Counted from the stretch's first letter, positions 1 to 7,981 are shown. The stretch is DNA of 53,895 nt from Eubacteriales bacterium (GCA_045586345.1 JAZNAD010000119.1:1-53895); one strand, 5' to 3'. Numbers and translations are program-made. Notes: generated by a model from the sequence alone, not told the origin.

Positions 1-508
1 CGATCCGACTTTGATGGGCACTCTCGGCATAAGCGCGGACGACCGCCCGGTCATTGCCGCGGCATTGCAGAGAGCGGAGGCCACCTCCGGCCCCGCCGTA
101 GCCATTGAGCTTCACGACGGCACCATCATCACCGGCAAGAACAGTTCCCTTCTGGGTGCCGCTTCCGCCTGCCTTATGAACGCGCTGAAAGCTTTGGCCG
201 GGATTGACAAGAAAATGCTTCTTATCCCGCCCAACATCATCGAGCCTATGCAGCATCTGAAGGTTGAGCATCTGGGCAACCATAACCCCCGTCTGCACAC
301 CGACGAGGTGCTTGTGGCGCTCTCGATCTGTGCCTTCTCGTCTCCGACGGCCGAGCGTGCCATGCGTCAGCTCTCGAAGCTCCGCGGCTGCGAGCTTCAC
401 TCCACCGTAATGCTCGCTCAGATTGATAACAAAACTTTACATAAGCTTGGTTTGAACGTGACCTGTGAGCCGCGTTACCAGACCAAAAAGCTGTTCCACC
501 CGAAATAA
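1..508 (+). CDS. DUF1846/UPF0371 family protein, C-terminal ~165 aa (5' end outside window)
   Basis: The frame is open to the window edge. C-terminal blocks (ELHDGTIITGK, SLLGAASA..NALKALAGI, NPRLHTDEVLVALSI, LRGCELHSTV, TCEPRYQ) match my recollection of UPF0371 proteins. Confidence 0.6.
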   Translation, partial: DPTLMGTLGISADDRPVIAAALQRAEATSGPAVAIELHDGTIITGKNSSLLGAASACLMNALKALAGIDKKMLLIPPNIIEPMQHLKVEHLGNHNPRLHTDEVLVALSICAFSSPTAERAMRQLSKLRGCELHSTVMLAQIDNKTLHKLGLNVTCEPRYQTKKLFHPK

Positions 509-520
509 GGAGATTACACC

Positions 521-826
521 ATGGTTCGTCACGTTGTTATGTTCAAGTTCCTTCCCGAGGCCGAGGGAAGAAGCAAGGACGAGAATGTGGCCATGACGGC
601 CGAGCGCCTCCGCGCTCTGCCGGCGCTCATTCCCGAGATCCTACATTCCGAGGTGCACATCGGTGCCACGGCGCAGGCCGACACCAACTGCGACCTTCTG
701 CTCATCTCGGATTTCGAGAGCTTTGAGGCCCTCAACACCTACATTCAGCACCCCGATCACAAGGCGATCGGAGCCTTTATGCGTCCTCTGCGCGAGAGCC
801 GCGCGGCGGTCGATTTTCTGCTGTAA
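521..826 (+). CDS. Dabb (stress-responsive A/B-barrel) family protein
   Basis: 101 aa. N-terminus VRHVVMFKF and C-terminal HPDHKA..F match the Dabb signature. AGGAG RBS lies 7 nt upstream of ATG 521. Confidence 0.75.
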   Translation: MVRHVVMFKFLPEAEGRSKDENVAMTAERLRALPALIPEILHSEVHIGATAQADTNCDLLLISDFESFEALNTYIQHPDHKAIGAFMRPLRESRAAVDFLL

Positions 827-833
827 GACCCGG

Positions 834-868
834 GGGAGAAGCCAAAAGCGGCTTCTCCCTGCGTTTTT
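834..868 (+). terminator. Rho-independent terminator after the Dabb gene
   Basis: 10-bp stem GGGAGAAGCC(834-843)/GGCTTCTCCC(850-859) followed by TGCGTTTTT. Confidence 0.6.
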
Positions 869-884
869 GTTGGAGATAATTTAT

Positions 885-2249
885 ATGCCCGAAAAGAATT
901 CCGTGATCGAGCTTGCGATCACCGATATCAACAACCTCGGCTACGGGGTCGGCCGTGACGAGGACGGTAAGGTCGTCTTTGTCGGCGGTGCGACAGACGG
1001 AGACGTGTGCCGGGTAAAGATCATCAAATCGGCGCGCGACTACTCGGTCGGGCGCCTTCTCGCGGTAGTGTCACCCTCGCCCTACCGCGCCGAGCCGCAC
1101 TGCGCAGCAGTCGGCTGTGGGGGATGCACCTACGGAGCGGTGACCTACGGGCACGAGCTTAAGCTGAAGCGTGGAACGGTGGCCGCGGCCTTCCGCAAGG
1201 CGGGAGTCGAGGTGACGATCGGCGAGGTCAGAACGGCGGGGCGCGTGCTCGGCTACCGCAATAAGGCGCAGTACCCCGTCGGGCGCGGTAAGGACGGGCA
1301 CCCCGTGATCGGCTTTTATGCGCCAAAAAGCCACCGCGTGATCGAGGCGGCTCATTGCCCGCTGACACCGCCACTCTTTGGTGAGATCGTCGAGGAGGTG
1401 CGCGCGCATGCGATCGAGGTCGGCGTTCTCCCCTACTCCGAGGAGGACAGGTCGGGGCTTTTGCGGCACATCTATCTCCGTGCGGCCGAGGACTGCCGCG
1501 AGGTGCTCCTCACGCTGGTGGTGACGAAGGACGCCTATCCCGACGCCGAGGGCCTTTGCCGGCGCCTTACCGAGCGCTTCCCCCACATCGTCGGTATTCT
1601 TCTGAACATCAACGCCAAGGATACGAACGTGATCCTTGGCAAGGACTACCGCACCCTCTTTGGGCGTGATCGTCTCTTTGATACACTGGCCGGGGTACGG
1701 CTCGAGATCGCGCCGGCGGCCTTCTATCAGGTGAACCGTGAGGCGGCCGAGCTTTTGTACGGTATTGCGGCGCAGCTTGCCGAGCTCCGCGGTGACGAGG
1801 TTCTCCTCGATCTCTATTGCGGTACGGGGAGCATCGGGCTGTCGATGGCCGACAAGGTCTCGCGGCTGTTTGGCATTGAGATCGTGCCTGAGGCGGTCGC
1901 GTGTGCCAAGCGAAATGCGGCGGCGGCCGGGGTCGGGAACGCGACCTTCGCTGTTGGGGATGCCGCGGCCACGGAGCGCCTCCTGCGCGAGCACGGGATC
2001 GGCCACCCCGACGTGATCGTGCTTGACCCGCCGCGCGCGGGGGCCGATCAAGCGTTGCTTGATACGATTGATGCCCTCTCGCCCTCGCGGCTCGTGTATA
2101 TTTCCTGCAATCCCACGACCCTTGCACGCGACGTCGCGCATCTTATGACAAAGGGCTTTGTGCCCGGCGAGGTCACGCCGGTCGATCTGTTTCCACGCAC
2201 GGGGCATGTCGAAAGTGTCGTGTGTCTCACACGCACTTTCGACAACTAA
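885..2249 (+). CDS. rlmD: 23S rRNA (uracil-C5)-methyltransferase, RlmD/RumA family
   Basis: TRAM-like N-terminus (GYGVGRDEDGKVVFVGGATDGDVCRVKIIK), Cys cluster HCAAVGCGGCTYG, SAM motif LDLYCGTGSIGL and catalytic YISCNPTTLARD. ATG 885 was chosen because the longer ORF from 663 overlaps the Dabb gene and its terminator. Confidence 0.85.
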   Translation: MPEKNSVIELAITDINNLGYGVGRDEDGKVVFVGGATDGDVCRVKIIKSARDYSVGRLLAVVSPSPYRAEPHCAAVGCGGCTYGAVTYGHELKLKRGTVAAAFRKAGVEVTIGEVRTAGRVLGYRNKAQYPVGRGKDGHPVIGFYAPKSHRVIEAAHCPLTPPLFGEIVEEVRAHAIEVGVLPYSEEDRSGLLRHIYLRAAEDCREVLLTLVVTKDAYPDAEGLCRRLTERFPHIVGILLNINAKDTNVILGKDYRTLFGRDRLFDTLAGVRLEIAPAAFYQVNREAAELLYGIAAQLAELRGDEVLLDLYCGTGSIGLSMADKVSRLFGIEIVPEAVACAKRNAAAAGVGNATFAVGDAAATERLLREHGIGHPDVIVLDPPRAGADQALLDTIDALSPSRLVYISCNPTTLARDVAHLMTKGFVPGEVTPVDLFPRTGHVESVVCLTRTFDN

Positions 2250-2335
2250 GTTTGCCCTTGCGGGCAAGTGAAGTTGCCTTCGGCAGTGAAGTTTCGACTG
2301 TCGCCGAAGTGAGGCTTGCCCGGTGTCGGCCGCCG
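2248..2335 (+). repeat. Array of 3-4 short degenerate tandem units (AGTGAAGTT + small GC hairpin)
   Basis: GTGAAGTT occurs at 2268-2275 and 2286-2293 (18-nt period), with a variant GTGAGGCTT at 2309-2317. Each copy is preceded by a hairpin: TTGCCC-TTGC-GGGCAA, TGCC-TTCG-GGCA, TTCGAC-TGTC-GCCGAA. Confidence 0.4.
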
Positions 2336-2542
2336 TTTGGCAAAGGAGGAGACAATATAAAATGCCGCTTGATGCTCCCCTGAAGGTACTGACCGAGGGG
2401 CTTTGTGGCTACGCCCGGTACAAGGCAAGGGCAAGATAGCGGCTGATACCGTTTTTGTGGTAGCCAAGGAGCCTCTTGCGCGAAGCCAAGGTCTTGCATC
2501 GGGTAAAGTTTTGTTTTCAAAAATGAAGAAGAGAGAGGCAGG

Positions 2543-2581
2543 GTGCGCGTTTTCCTCCAAGCGGAGAGCGCGCACTTTTTT
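2543..2581 (+). terminator. Orphan rho-independent terminator in the rlmD-downstream noncoding region
   Basis: Stem GTGCGCG(2543-2549)/CGCGCAC(2569-2575) with inner CTCC/GGAG pairing, followed by T6 (2576-2581). No convincing CDS lies between 2250 and 2542. Confidence 0.6.
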
Positions 2582-2638
2582 GATGCGAGGAGAGGAAGCG
2601 AGAAGGTAAGAGGGGCGCGACAGTTTTTGGGAAAAGAC

Positions 2639-2667
2639 TTGAAAAGCGCCCTTTTGTGTGGTATACT
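2639..2667 (+). promoter_or_regulatory. SigA-type promoter for the membrane-ORF/CatA-like/DUF3842 operon
   Basis: TTGAAA (2639-2644), 17-bp spacer, TGgTATACT extended -10 (TATACT 2662-2667). Confidence 0.5.
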
Positions 2668-2834
2668 CTATTGTATACTGCGGAAGAAGCGTGCTGTGCC
2701 GTGCACCGGGCACGGAGGGAGACCGCACACCCCTCCCCGCCACACCGCCGATGAGGCCTTCCGCCCGTAAAGGTCTTTGGCACTGCCGCCCATCAATTAA
2801 CTACCAACACCCCTTCAGAAGGAAAGGACAGTCT

Positions 2835-3104
2835 ATGAAGCCCTACCGAAGATCTCTTTTCACCTTCGCACTTATTACCCTCGCCATTGGCGTTGTGCTC
2901 CTTGGCATTACCTACTACTTCTTCCATTTCGTGACCGACGACGGCCCAACGCTCGTCTTTCACGAGGAGGCGGGCAAGCCCTTTGTGACGATGCTCATCG
3001 GTGTCTTTGCCGTACATTTTGTGGCGGCATCGGCGCTCTCGGCACTCATTGCTCTGATCTTCTTTAATACGGCGAAAGCGACCGCCGGGGAGGCCAACGA
3101 ATGA
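2835..3104 (+). CDS. Small two-TM membrane protein (89 aa), hypothetical
   Basis: ATG 2835 is preceded by GAAGGAAAGGA. Two hydrophobic segments are present. The stop overlaps the next start (ATGA at 3101-3104). Confidence 0.55.
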   Translation: MKPYRRSLFTFALITLAIGVVLLGITYYFFHFVTDDGPTLVFHEEAGKPFVTMLIGVFAVHFVAASALSALIALIFFNTAKATAGEANE

Positions 3105-3745
3105 ACTACAAGGTCATTGATATCGCGACCTGGGAGCGCCGCCCGCTCTTTGAGCTCTACATGACGCGCTTAAAGCTCGTGATGAACGTGACGGTGGACG
3201 TGGATGTCACCCGTCTTGTCCGCTACTGCAAGCGGCACGGGCTGAAATTCTACCCCGTTATGATGTGGCTCGTCGGCCGCCGCATGAATGCGCACGACGA
3301 GTTCCGGTACCGCTACACCGAGGAGGGCGAGCTCCGCCTCTTTGACTACGTTTCCCCCTCCTACACCGACTTTCACAAGGAGACCGGTAAGTTTGTGAAG
3401 TTTGTGACCGAGTATTCGGACGATCTTCGCACCTTTCACGACCGTGTGATGGCCGACCGCGAGGCCCACAAGGATGACGAGGGCTTCCTCCCCCAGCCGG
3501 AGAACTTCTTTGACATCTCCTGCCTGCCGTGGATCCACTACAATTCGCTGACCCTGCACGTGGACGAGGGGCGCCCGACCCTCTACCCCGTCATCATCTG
3601 GGGCAAGCACGAGAGGCGCGGCCTCCGTCGCCTCCTCCCCGTGACGCTGAACATGAACCACGCCGTCTGTGACGGCTATCACCTCTCGCGCTTCTTTACC
3701 GAGCTCCGTGCCGATATCGAGGCGCTCGTCGGAGGGAAGCTATGA
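3101..3745 (+). CDS. CatA-like (type A chloramphenicol acetyltransferase family) O-acetyltransferase
   Basis: 214 aa, the length of classic CAT. Catalytic block NHAVCDGYH (CAT: HHAVCDGFH), N-terminal W.R...F..Y, and FYP..MW. Confidence 0.75.
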   Translation: MNYKVIDIATWERRPLFELYMTRLKLVMNVTVDVDVTRLVRYCKRHGLKFYPVMMWLVGRRMNAHDEFRYRYTEEGELRLFDYVSPSYTDFHKETGKFVKFVTEYSDDLRTFHDRVMADREAHKDDEGFLPQPENFFDISCLPWIHYNSLTLHVDEGRPTLYPVIIWGKHERRGLRRLLPVTLNMNHAVCDGYHLSRFFTELRADIEALVGGKL

Positions 3746-4152
3746 AGCGTGTTGTCATCATCGACGGGCAGGGCGGACGGCTCGGGGCGCTCCTTGTCGA
3801 GGAGATCCTCCGTGCCTCGCTCACCTGCGAGCTTATCGCCATCGGCACGAACGGCATTGCCACCGCCGCCATGCTGAAGGCAGGGGCACCGCAGGGCGCC
3901 ACGGGCGAGAACCCCGTTGTCGTGGCGGCGCGCGATGCCGACGTGATCATCGGGCCGATCGGGATCTTAGCCGCCGATGCAATGCTCGGCGAGATCACCC
4001 CGGAGATGGCCGCGGCGGTCGGTGCCTGCCGCGCCGAAAAGCTGCTCCTGCCGCTCAACCGCTGTAAGAACCGTGTCGTTGGGGTCAAGGCCCTTTCGAT
4101 GGCCGAGCTTGTACGGGAGGCGGTCGAGGGCCTCCGTGCGCTGCTCGGGTAA
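3742..4152 (+). CDS. DUF3842 family protein
   Basis: 136 aa. N-terminus MKRVVIIDGQGGRLGALLVEEI and GTN..AT.AMLKAGA resemble DUF3842 proteins of Clostridia. ATGA overlap with the CatA-like gene. Confidence 0.6.
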   Translation: MKRVVIIDGQGGRLGALLVEEILRASLTCELIAIGTNGIATAAMLKAGAPQGATGENPVVVAARDADVIIGPIGILAADAMLGEITPEMAAAVGACRAEKLLLPLNRCKNRVVGVKALSMAELVREAVEGLRALLG

Positions 4153-4272
4153 GCCGACAACCTCCGACGGTCCGAAGGCCGCGGGAGAGCACATATATCC
4201 TCACTAACCGATGCCAGAAGGCATCACGATCGTTCAAGGCGGTGATATCATTTTTGGAAAGGAAACTTTACG

Positions 4273-4815
4273 ATGTCATCGAAAAGAAACCACTTGGTCC
4301 GTCTGACGACGGCGGCTATGCTGCTCGCCCTCGCCTTCCTGCTCCCCTTCCTCACCGGGCAGATCCCAGAGGTTGGGAATATGCTCTGCCCGATGCACCT
4401 GCCGGTGCTCCTTTGCGGCTTCTTCTGCGGTCCGCTCCTCGGGGCGGTCGTAGGGGCGACCGCCCCCCTCCTCCGTTCGCTCTCGCTCGGCATGCCGCCC
4501 CTCTTCCCGGTGGCAACGGCCATGGCCTTTGAGCTATTGACCTACGGTGCGCTTTCGGGGCTCCTTTACCGTCTCCTCCCCAAGAAGAGGTGGAGCGTTT
4601 ACGCAGCGCTTGGCGGTGCCATGCTCGGCGGCCGCCTTGTGTGGGGGATCGTCAGCGCGATCCTTTACGGGATCATCGACTCCCCCTTCGGCTTTGGTAT
4701 TTTCTTTACCCAGGCCTTCCTGAATGCGATCCCCGGGATCCTCCTGCAGATCGTGCTGATCCCGCTCCTCGTTCTCACACTCGAGAAAAACTACACTAAG
4801 CTTCTGCGCGGCTAA
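4273..4815 (+). CDS. ECF transporter S (substrate-capture) component, specificity unknown
   Basis: 180 aa with about 5-6 TM segments. Conserved-looking blocks LCPMHLPVLLCGFFCGP and FELLTYG. No A/T components lie nearby. Confidence 0.7.
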   Translation: MSSKRNHLVRLTTAAMLLALAFLLPFLTGQIPEVGNMLCPMHLPVLLCGFFCGPLLGAVVGATAPLLRSLSLGMPPLFPVATAMAFELLTYGALSGLLYRLLPKKRWSVYAALGGAMLGGRLVWGIVSAILYGIIDSPFGFGIFFTQAFLNAIPGILLQIVLIPLLVLTLEKNYTKLLRG

Positions 4816-4837
4816 GCCGTGCAAGAAAGGCGATCCT

Positions 4838-5377
4838 ATGCAGCTCTTACCCGTCTCATCCTTGGAGTTTGACACCGTGTACGATGCGCTCGAGGAGGCC
4901 TTCCCCCGTGAGGAGAGACGTGACCGCCAAGCGGCACGCCTCCTTCTTACGACCTCCGCCTACTCTCTCCTTCACGTCGTGGAGGAGGGAGAGAGGCGCG
5001 GATGCGTTGGCCTTTGGGAGCTACCGGGCTTCACCTTCATCGAGCACCTTCTGACCTATCCCGCCTACCGCAATATGGGGCTTGGTGCGCGCGTCCTCGG
5101 GGCGCTTGCCGAAGGAGGGCGCCCCCTCGTCCTTGAGGCCGAGCCGCCCATAAGCCCCTTGGCCGTGCGCCGCCTCAGCTTTTACGCGCGGTGCGGCTTT
5201 CACCGCGACCCCCTCGCCTACCTCCAGCCGCCCTACCGTGAGGAGGACGAGCCGACGCCGCTCGTGCTTCTCTCGTATCCCGCGCCCCTTGCCGATGCCC
5301 GTGCCGTGGCCGCCACGCTCTACCGCGAGGTGTACGGCATTGCCGAGCCCTCGCGGCTGTGGGAGAGCGCACGATGA
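4838..5377 (+). CDS. GNAT family N-acetyltransferase
   Basis: 179 aa. Acetyl-CoA motif YRNMGLGARVL and C-terminal FYARCGF. Confidence 0.7.
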   Translation: MQLLPVSSLEFDTVYDALEEAFPREERRDRQAARLLLTTSAYSLLHVVEEGERRGCVGLWELPGFTFIEHLLTYPAYRNMGLGARVLGALAEGGRPLVLEAEPPISPLAVRRLSFYARCGFHRDPLAYLQPPYREEDEPTPLVLLSYPAPLADARAVAATLYREVYGIAEPSRLWESAR

Positions 5378-6495
5378 GCGGCGCCGCCTGTACCCTCCTT
5401 GTGGACGGCCGCGAGGCCTTCCCCGCCATTCTCCGGGCGATCGACGAGGCAAAGGAATCGCTCACTATCAACATGTTCATCTGGCGCGACGATGAGATCG
5501 GCAACCGCATGGCCGAGGCGGTGCTCCGTGCCGCCGAGCGTGGGGTTCTTGTGCATCTGTCGGTCGACCGCTACGGCGCCGTGCTTGAGAAGGCCGAGGA
5601 ATGCCGCCTCTCCTTCTTCCATAAGCGGCAAACCGTCATCGAGCGGCTGAAGGCACGGGCGCTGGCCCGTCTCTACCGCGCGGAGAATGCCCTCCCGTGG
5701 CAAAGGGACGAGGAGAGCGACCTCTACCGCGCCCTCCTTGCGCACCCCGGCATCACCCTCGACTGTGACCGTCATAAGGCCGACCACTCGAAGTTCTATA
5801 TTATAGATGGGCGCGTGCTCTTCCTCGGCGGTGTAAACATTGAGGACAAGGAAAACGGCGCCGACCGCGCGGGGCGCATCTATGGCGATCTTATGGTACG
5901 GATCGAGGGCGAGGAGGCGGTCAACGCCTTCCTTGCACGCCGCGAGGGTGCCCCCCTCACGGGCGACCTCCTCTTCCCGATGAACCGCAAGGAGGGGGGG
6001 CGGCGCTTTGAGATGGAGGAGCACTACCTTTCACTTATCGAGGAGGCACGGGAGGAGCTTGTCCTCGTGATGGCGTACCTTTCCCCCCTTCCGCGCTTTC
6101 TGGATGCCATTCTGCGTGCCCATCGGCGTGGGGTGCGCGTCACGGTGATGATCCCCGCGCGTGCCAACTTTCAGAATGACACCAACTATAAGACCGCCGC
6201 GTATCTTAGGAAAAAAAGCAACGGTGGGATTGAGGTGCGCCTCTCCCCGAAGATGCTCCACACCAAGCTCCTCATGACCGAGGCGGCCGTCTCCTTCGGC
6301 TCGACCAACATTACGAAGAAGGCCTTCCGCCAGCTTGACGAATTGAACCTCACCGTTCCCCGGAACGGCTTACCCTTCTACCGGGCGGTGGAGGATGCCG
6401 TCGGGCATGAGCTTTCTCTCGCCAAGGCCCTCGCCCCCGGGGAGAAGATCCCCTACGCGCGCTTGCGCGCTTTCTTTGAGGGATTTTTGGTGTAA
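5374..6495 (+). CDS. Phospholipase D / cardiolipin-synthase-like protein with two HKD motifs, no TM segment
   Basis: HSKFYIIDGRVLFLGGVNI and LHTKLLMTEAAVSFGSTNI. ATG 5374 overlaps the GNAT stop (ATGA); the ORF-track start at 5359 is a GTG. Confidence 0.8.
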   Translation: MSGAACTLLVDGREAFPAILRAIDEAKESLTINMFIWRDDEIGNRMAEAVLRAAERGVLVHLSVDRYGAVLEKAEECRLSFFHKRQTVIERLKARALARLYRAENALPWQRDEESDLYRALLAHPGITLDCDRHKADHSKFYIIDGRVLFLGGVNIEDKENGADRAGRIYGDLMVRIEGEEAVNAFLARREGAPLTGDLLFPMNRKEGGRRFEMEEHYLSLIEEAREELVLVMAYLSPLPRFLDAILRAHRRGVRVTVMIPARANFQNDTNYKTAAYLRKKSNGGIEVRLSPKMLHTKLLMTEAAVSFGSTNITKKAFRQLDELNLTVPRNGLPFYRAVEDAVGHELSLAKALAPGEKIPYARLRAFFEGFLV

Positions 6496-6578
6496 CTGTA
6501 AGGTTTTGTTTGCAGTTGAAATTTTTTCGGGCATGTGCCCCGGGATCGCCGCGCAAAGCGCGGCAGAAGGAAATACTT

Positions 6579-6989
6579 ATGACTGTGATCGTCTGCACCG
6601 ACAAGAACGGCGGTATGCTCTTCGCCGGCCGCCGCACGAGCCGTGACCGTGAGATGCTTGCCGACCTTGGGCGCCTCGCCGCGGGGCGGCGGCTGCTATG
6701 CACGCCTTATTCCGAGCGTCTCCTTACGGCGGCGGGTCTCTCCCCCACCGTACGCGAGGACTGCCTGGAGGTCGCCTCGGAGGATGACCTTGTCTTCATC
6801 GAAAATCTCCCGCTCTCACCCTACCGTGAGCGCATCACGCGACTTGTCGTCTATTCCTGGGATAAGGCGTACCCCTACGACGTGGTGCTTGATATTCCCA
6901 AGGAGGCCGAGGGGCGACGACTGGTTGCCTCGCACACATTCCCCGGCTTTTCCCACGATGCTATCACGAAAGAGGTATTTGAAAAATGA
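6579..6989 (+). CDS. Small cytoplasmic hypothetical protein, possibly DHFR/RibD-C-like fold
   Basis: ATG 6579 follows GAAGGAAA. MTVIVCTDKNGGMLFAGRRTSRDR resembles the N-terminal strand-loop of DHFR-like proteins. The fold assignment is tentative. Confidence 0.45.
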   Translation: MTVIVCTDKNGGMLFAGRRTSRDREMLADLGRLAAGRRLLCTPYSERLLTAAGLSPTVREDCLEVASEDDLVFIENLPLSPYRERITRLVVYSWDKAYPYDVVLDIPKEAEGRRLVASHTFPGFSHDAITKEVFEK

Positions 6990-7963
6990 AAAAGCATCTC
7001 GCGTCTCTCCTTACACTCCTGCTTCTTCTGTCGCTCCTTACCGTAGGCTGTGACTTTGGTGACGGCGGCAGCACGACGGCTACGACCACGGCCACCGTCA
7101 CAACGACGGTCACGACCACAGTGACGACCGATGACCCAACGCCCCCGCCGCCCCCCGGCCATGCCGTCTCAGTCGATGAGGTGCCGCCGTATGCGGGGAG
7201 CCCCTACGCCATCATTAATAATAACGTCCCCCATTTCACTGAGGAGGATTACACCACCGAGTCGTATGAATTTTTCAGTCCGCTGGATTCGCTCGGGCGC
7301 TGCGGCGTCACGGTGGCCTGCATTGGGCAGGCTCTGATGCCCACCGAGGACCGCGGCTCGATCGGGATGGTGAAGCCCTCGGGCTGGCAGACCGTGAAGT
7401 ACGATATCGTCAGCGGCAAGTACCTCTATAACCGCTGTCACCTCATCGGCTTCCAGCTGACGGGCGAGAACGCCAACGAGCAGAACCTCATCACGGGCAC
7501 GCGTTACATGAACGTGGACGGGATGCTTCCCTTCGAGGATATGGTGGCCGACTACGTGAAGGAGACCGGCAACCACGTGCTCTACCGCGTGACACCCATC
7601 TTCGTTGGGGATGAGCTGGTGGCGCGCGGCGTGCAGATCGAGGCCTACTCGGTCGAGGACGAGGGCGATGAGATCGACGGCATTTGCTTCAACGTCTTCG
7701 TCTATAACGTCCAGCCGGGGATCACGATCGATTATGCGACCGGCATCAGCTGGCTGTCGAGCGATGTGCCCCCCACGACCCCCGAGACCCCCGAGGAGGG
7801 CGAGGGCGAGGTATACATCCTCAACACGAACACCGACAAGTTCCACCGCGAGGACTGCCGCTACGCGACCTCGATCAAGGAGGAGAACCGCGTCGAGTTC
7901 ATCGGCGACCGCCAGGACCTCATTGACGACGGCTACAAGGCCTGCCTCACCTGCCAACCGTAA
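6986..7963 (+). CDS. Secreted DNA/RNA non-specific endonuclease lipoprotein (Endonuclease_NS_2 / DNA-entry nuclease type)
   Basis: Lipobox LLTVGC, Thr/Pro-rich linker, and core blocks FFSPLDSLGRCG, KPSGWQ, YNRCHLIGFQLTGENANEQNLITGTRYMN, MLPFE. C-terminal KFH..C....C..C knuckle. ATGA overlap with the upstream ORF. Confidence 0.8.
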   Translation: MKKHLASLLTLLLLLSLLTVGCDFGDGGSTTATTTATVTTTVTTTVTTDDPTPPPPPGHAVSVDEVPPYAGSPYAIINNNVPHFTEEDYTTESYEFFSPLDSLGRCGVTVACIGQALMPTEDRGSIGMVKPSGWQTVKYDIVSGKYLYNRCHLIGFQLTGENANEQNLITGTRYMNVDGMLPFEDMVADYVKETGNHVLYRVTPIFVGDELVARGVQIEAYSVEDEGDEIDGICFNVFVYNVQPGITIDYATGISWLSSDVPPTTPETPEEGEGEVYILNTNTDKFHREDCRYATSIKEENRVEFIGDRQDLIDDGYKACLTCQP

Positions 7964-7981
7964 AAATTCACAAAATCCCTC

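Noticed and set aside
663-884. 5' extension of the rlmD ORF back to 663 (528-aa version).
   Set aside because: It overlaps the Dabb gene and its terminator and translates to an Arg/Pro/Ser-rich string. ATG 885 has an RBS and starts the conserved TRAM domain.
2248-2335. CRISPR array, considered for the mini-hairpin repeats and also for the collagen repeat region 22479..22784.
   Set aside because: The units are only about 18-23 nt including the 'spacer', degenerate, and number just 3-4. The 22.5-kb repeats are in-frame GXY codons. No cas genes are in the window.
2334-2430. Sequence relationship between the two noncoding regions 2250-2640 and 23445-23745. They share the 10-mers CGTTTGGCAA (2334-2343 versus reverse complement at 23571-23580) and CAAGGCAAGG (2421-2430 versus 23504-23513), and TTTTCAAAAA occurs before both terminators.
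   Set aside because: There is no extended alignment, the orientations are inconsistent and the words are low-complexity. A couple of shared 10-mers between two ~300-nt segments is only marginally above chance.
2362-2439. 25-codon ORF (MPLDAPLKVLTEGLCGYARYKARAR) downstream of an AAAGGAGGAG sequence.
   Set aside because: The spacing from the SD-like sequence to the ATG is about 12 nt. There is no conservation evidence, and the ORF lies inside a predicted long hairpin. It is mentioned only as part of the noncoding-region finding.
2668-2834. Classic cat leader-peptide translational attenuator.
   Set aside because: There is no short leader ORF with RBS, and no stem-loop sequestering the RBS of the CatA-like gene. 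That gene is instead coupled to an upstream 89-codon ORF.
4153-4272. Riboswitch upstream of the ECF S-component.
   Set aside because: The 120-nt spacer lacks the conserved cores I can recognise (TPP CUGAGA/ACCUGA, FMN, cobalamin B12 box, preQ1, THF). It has only one short hairpin.
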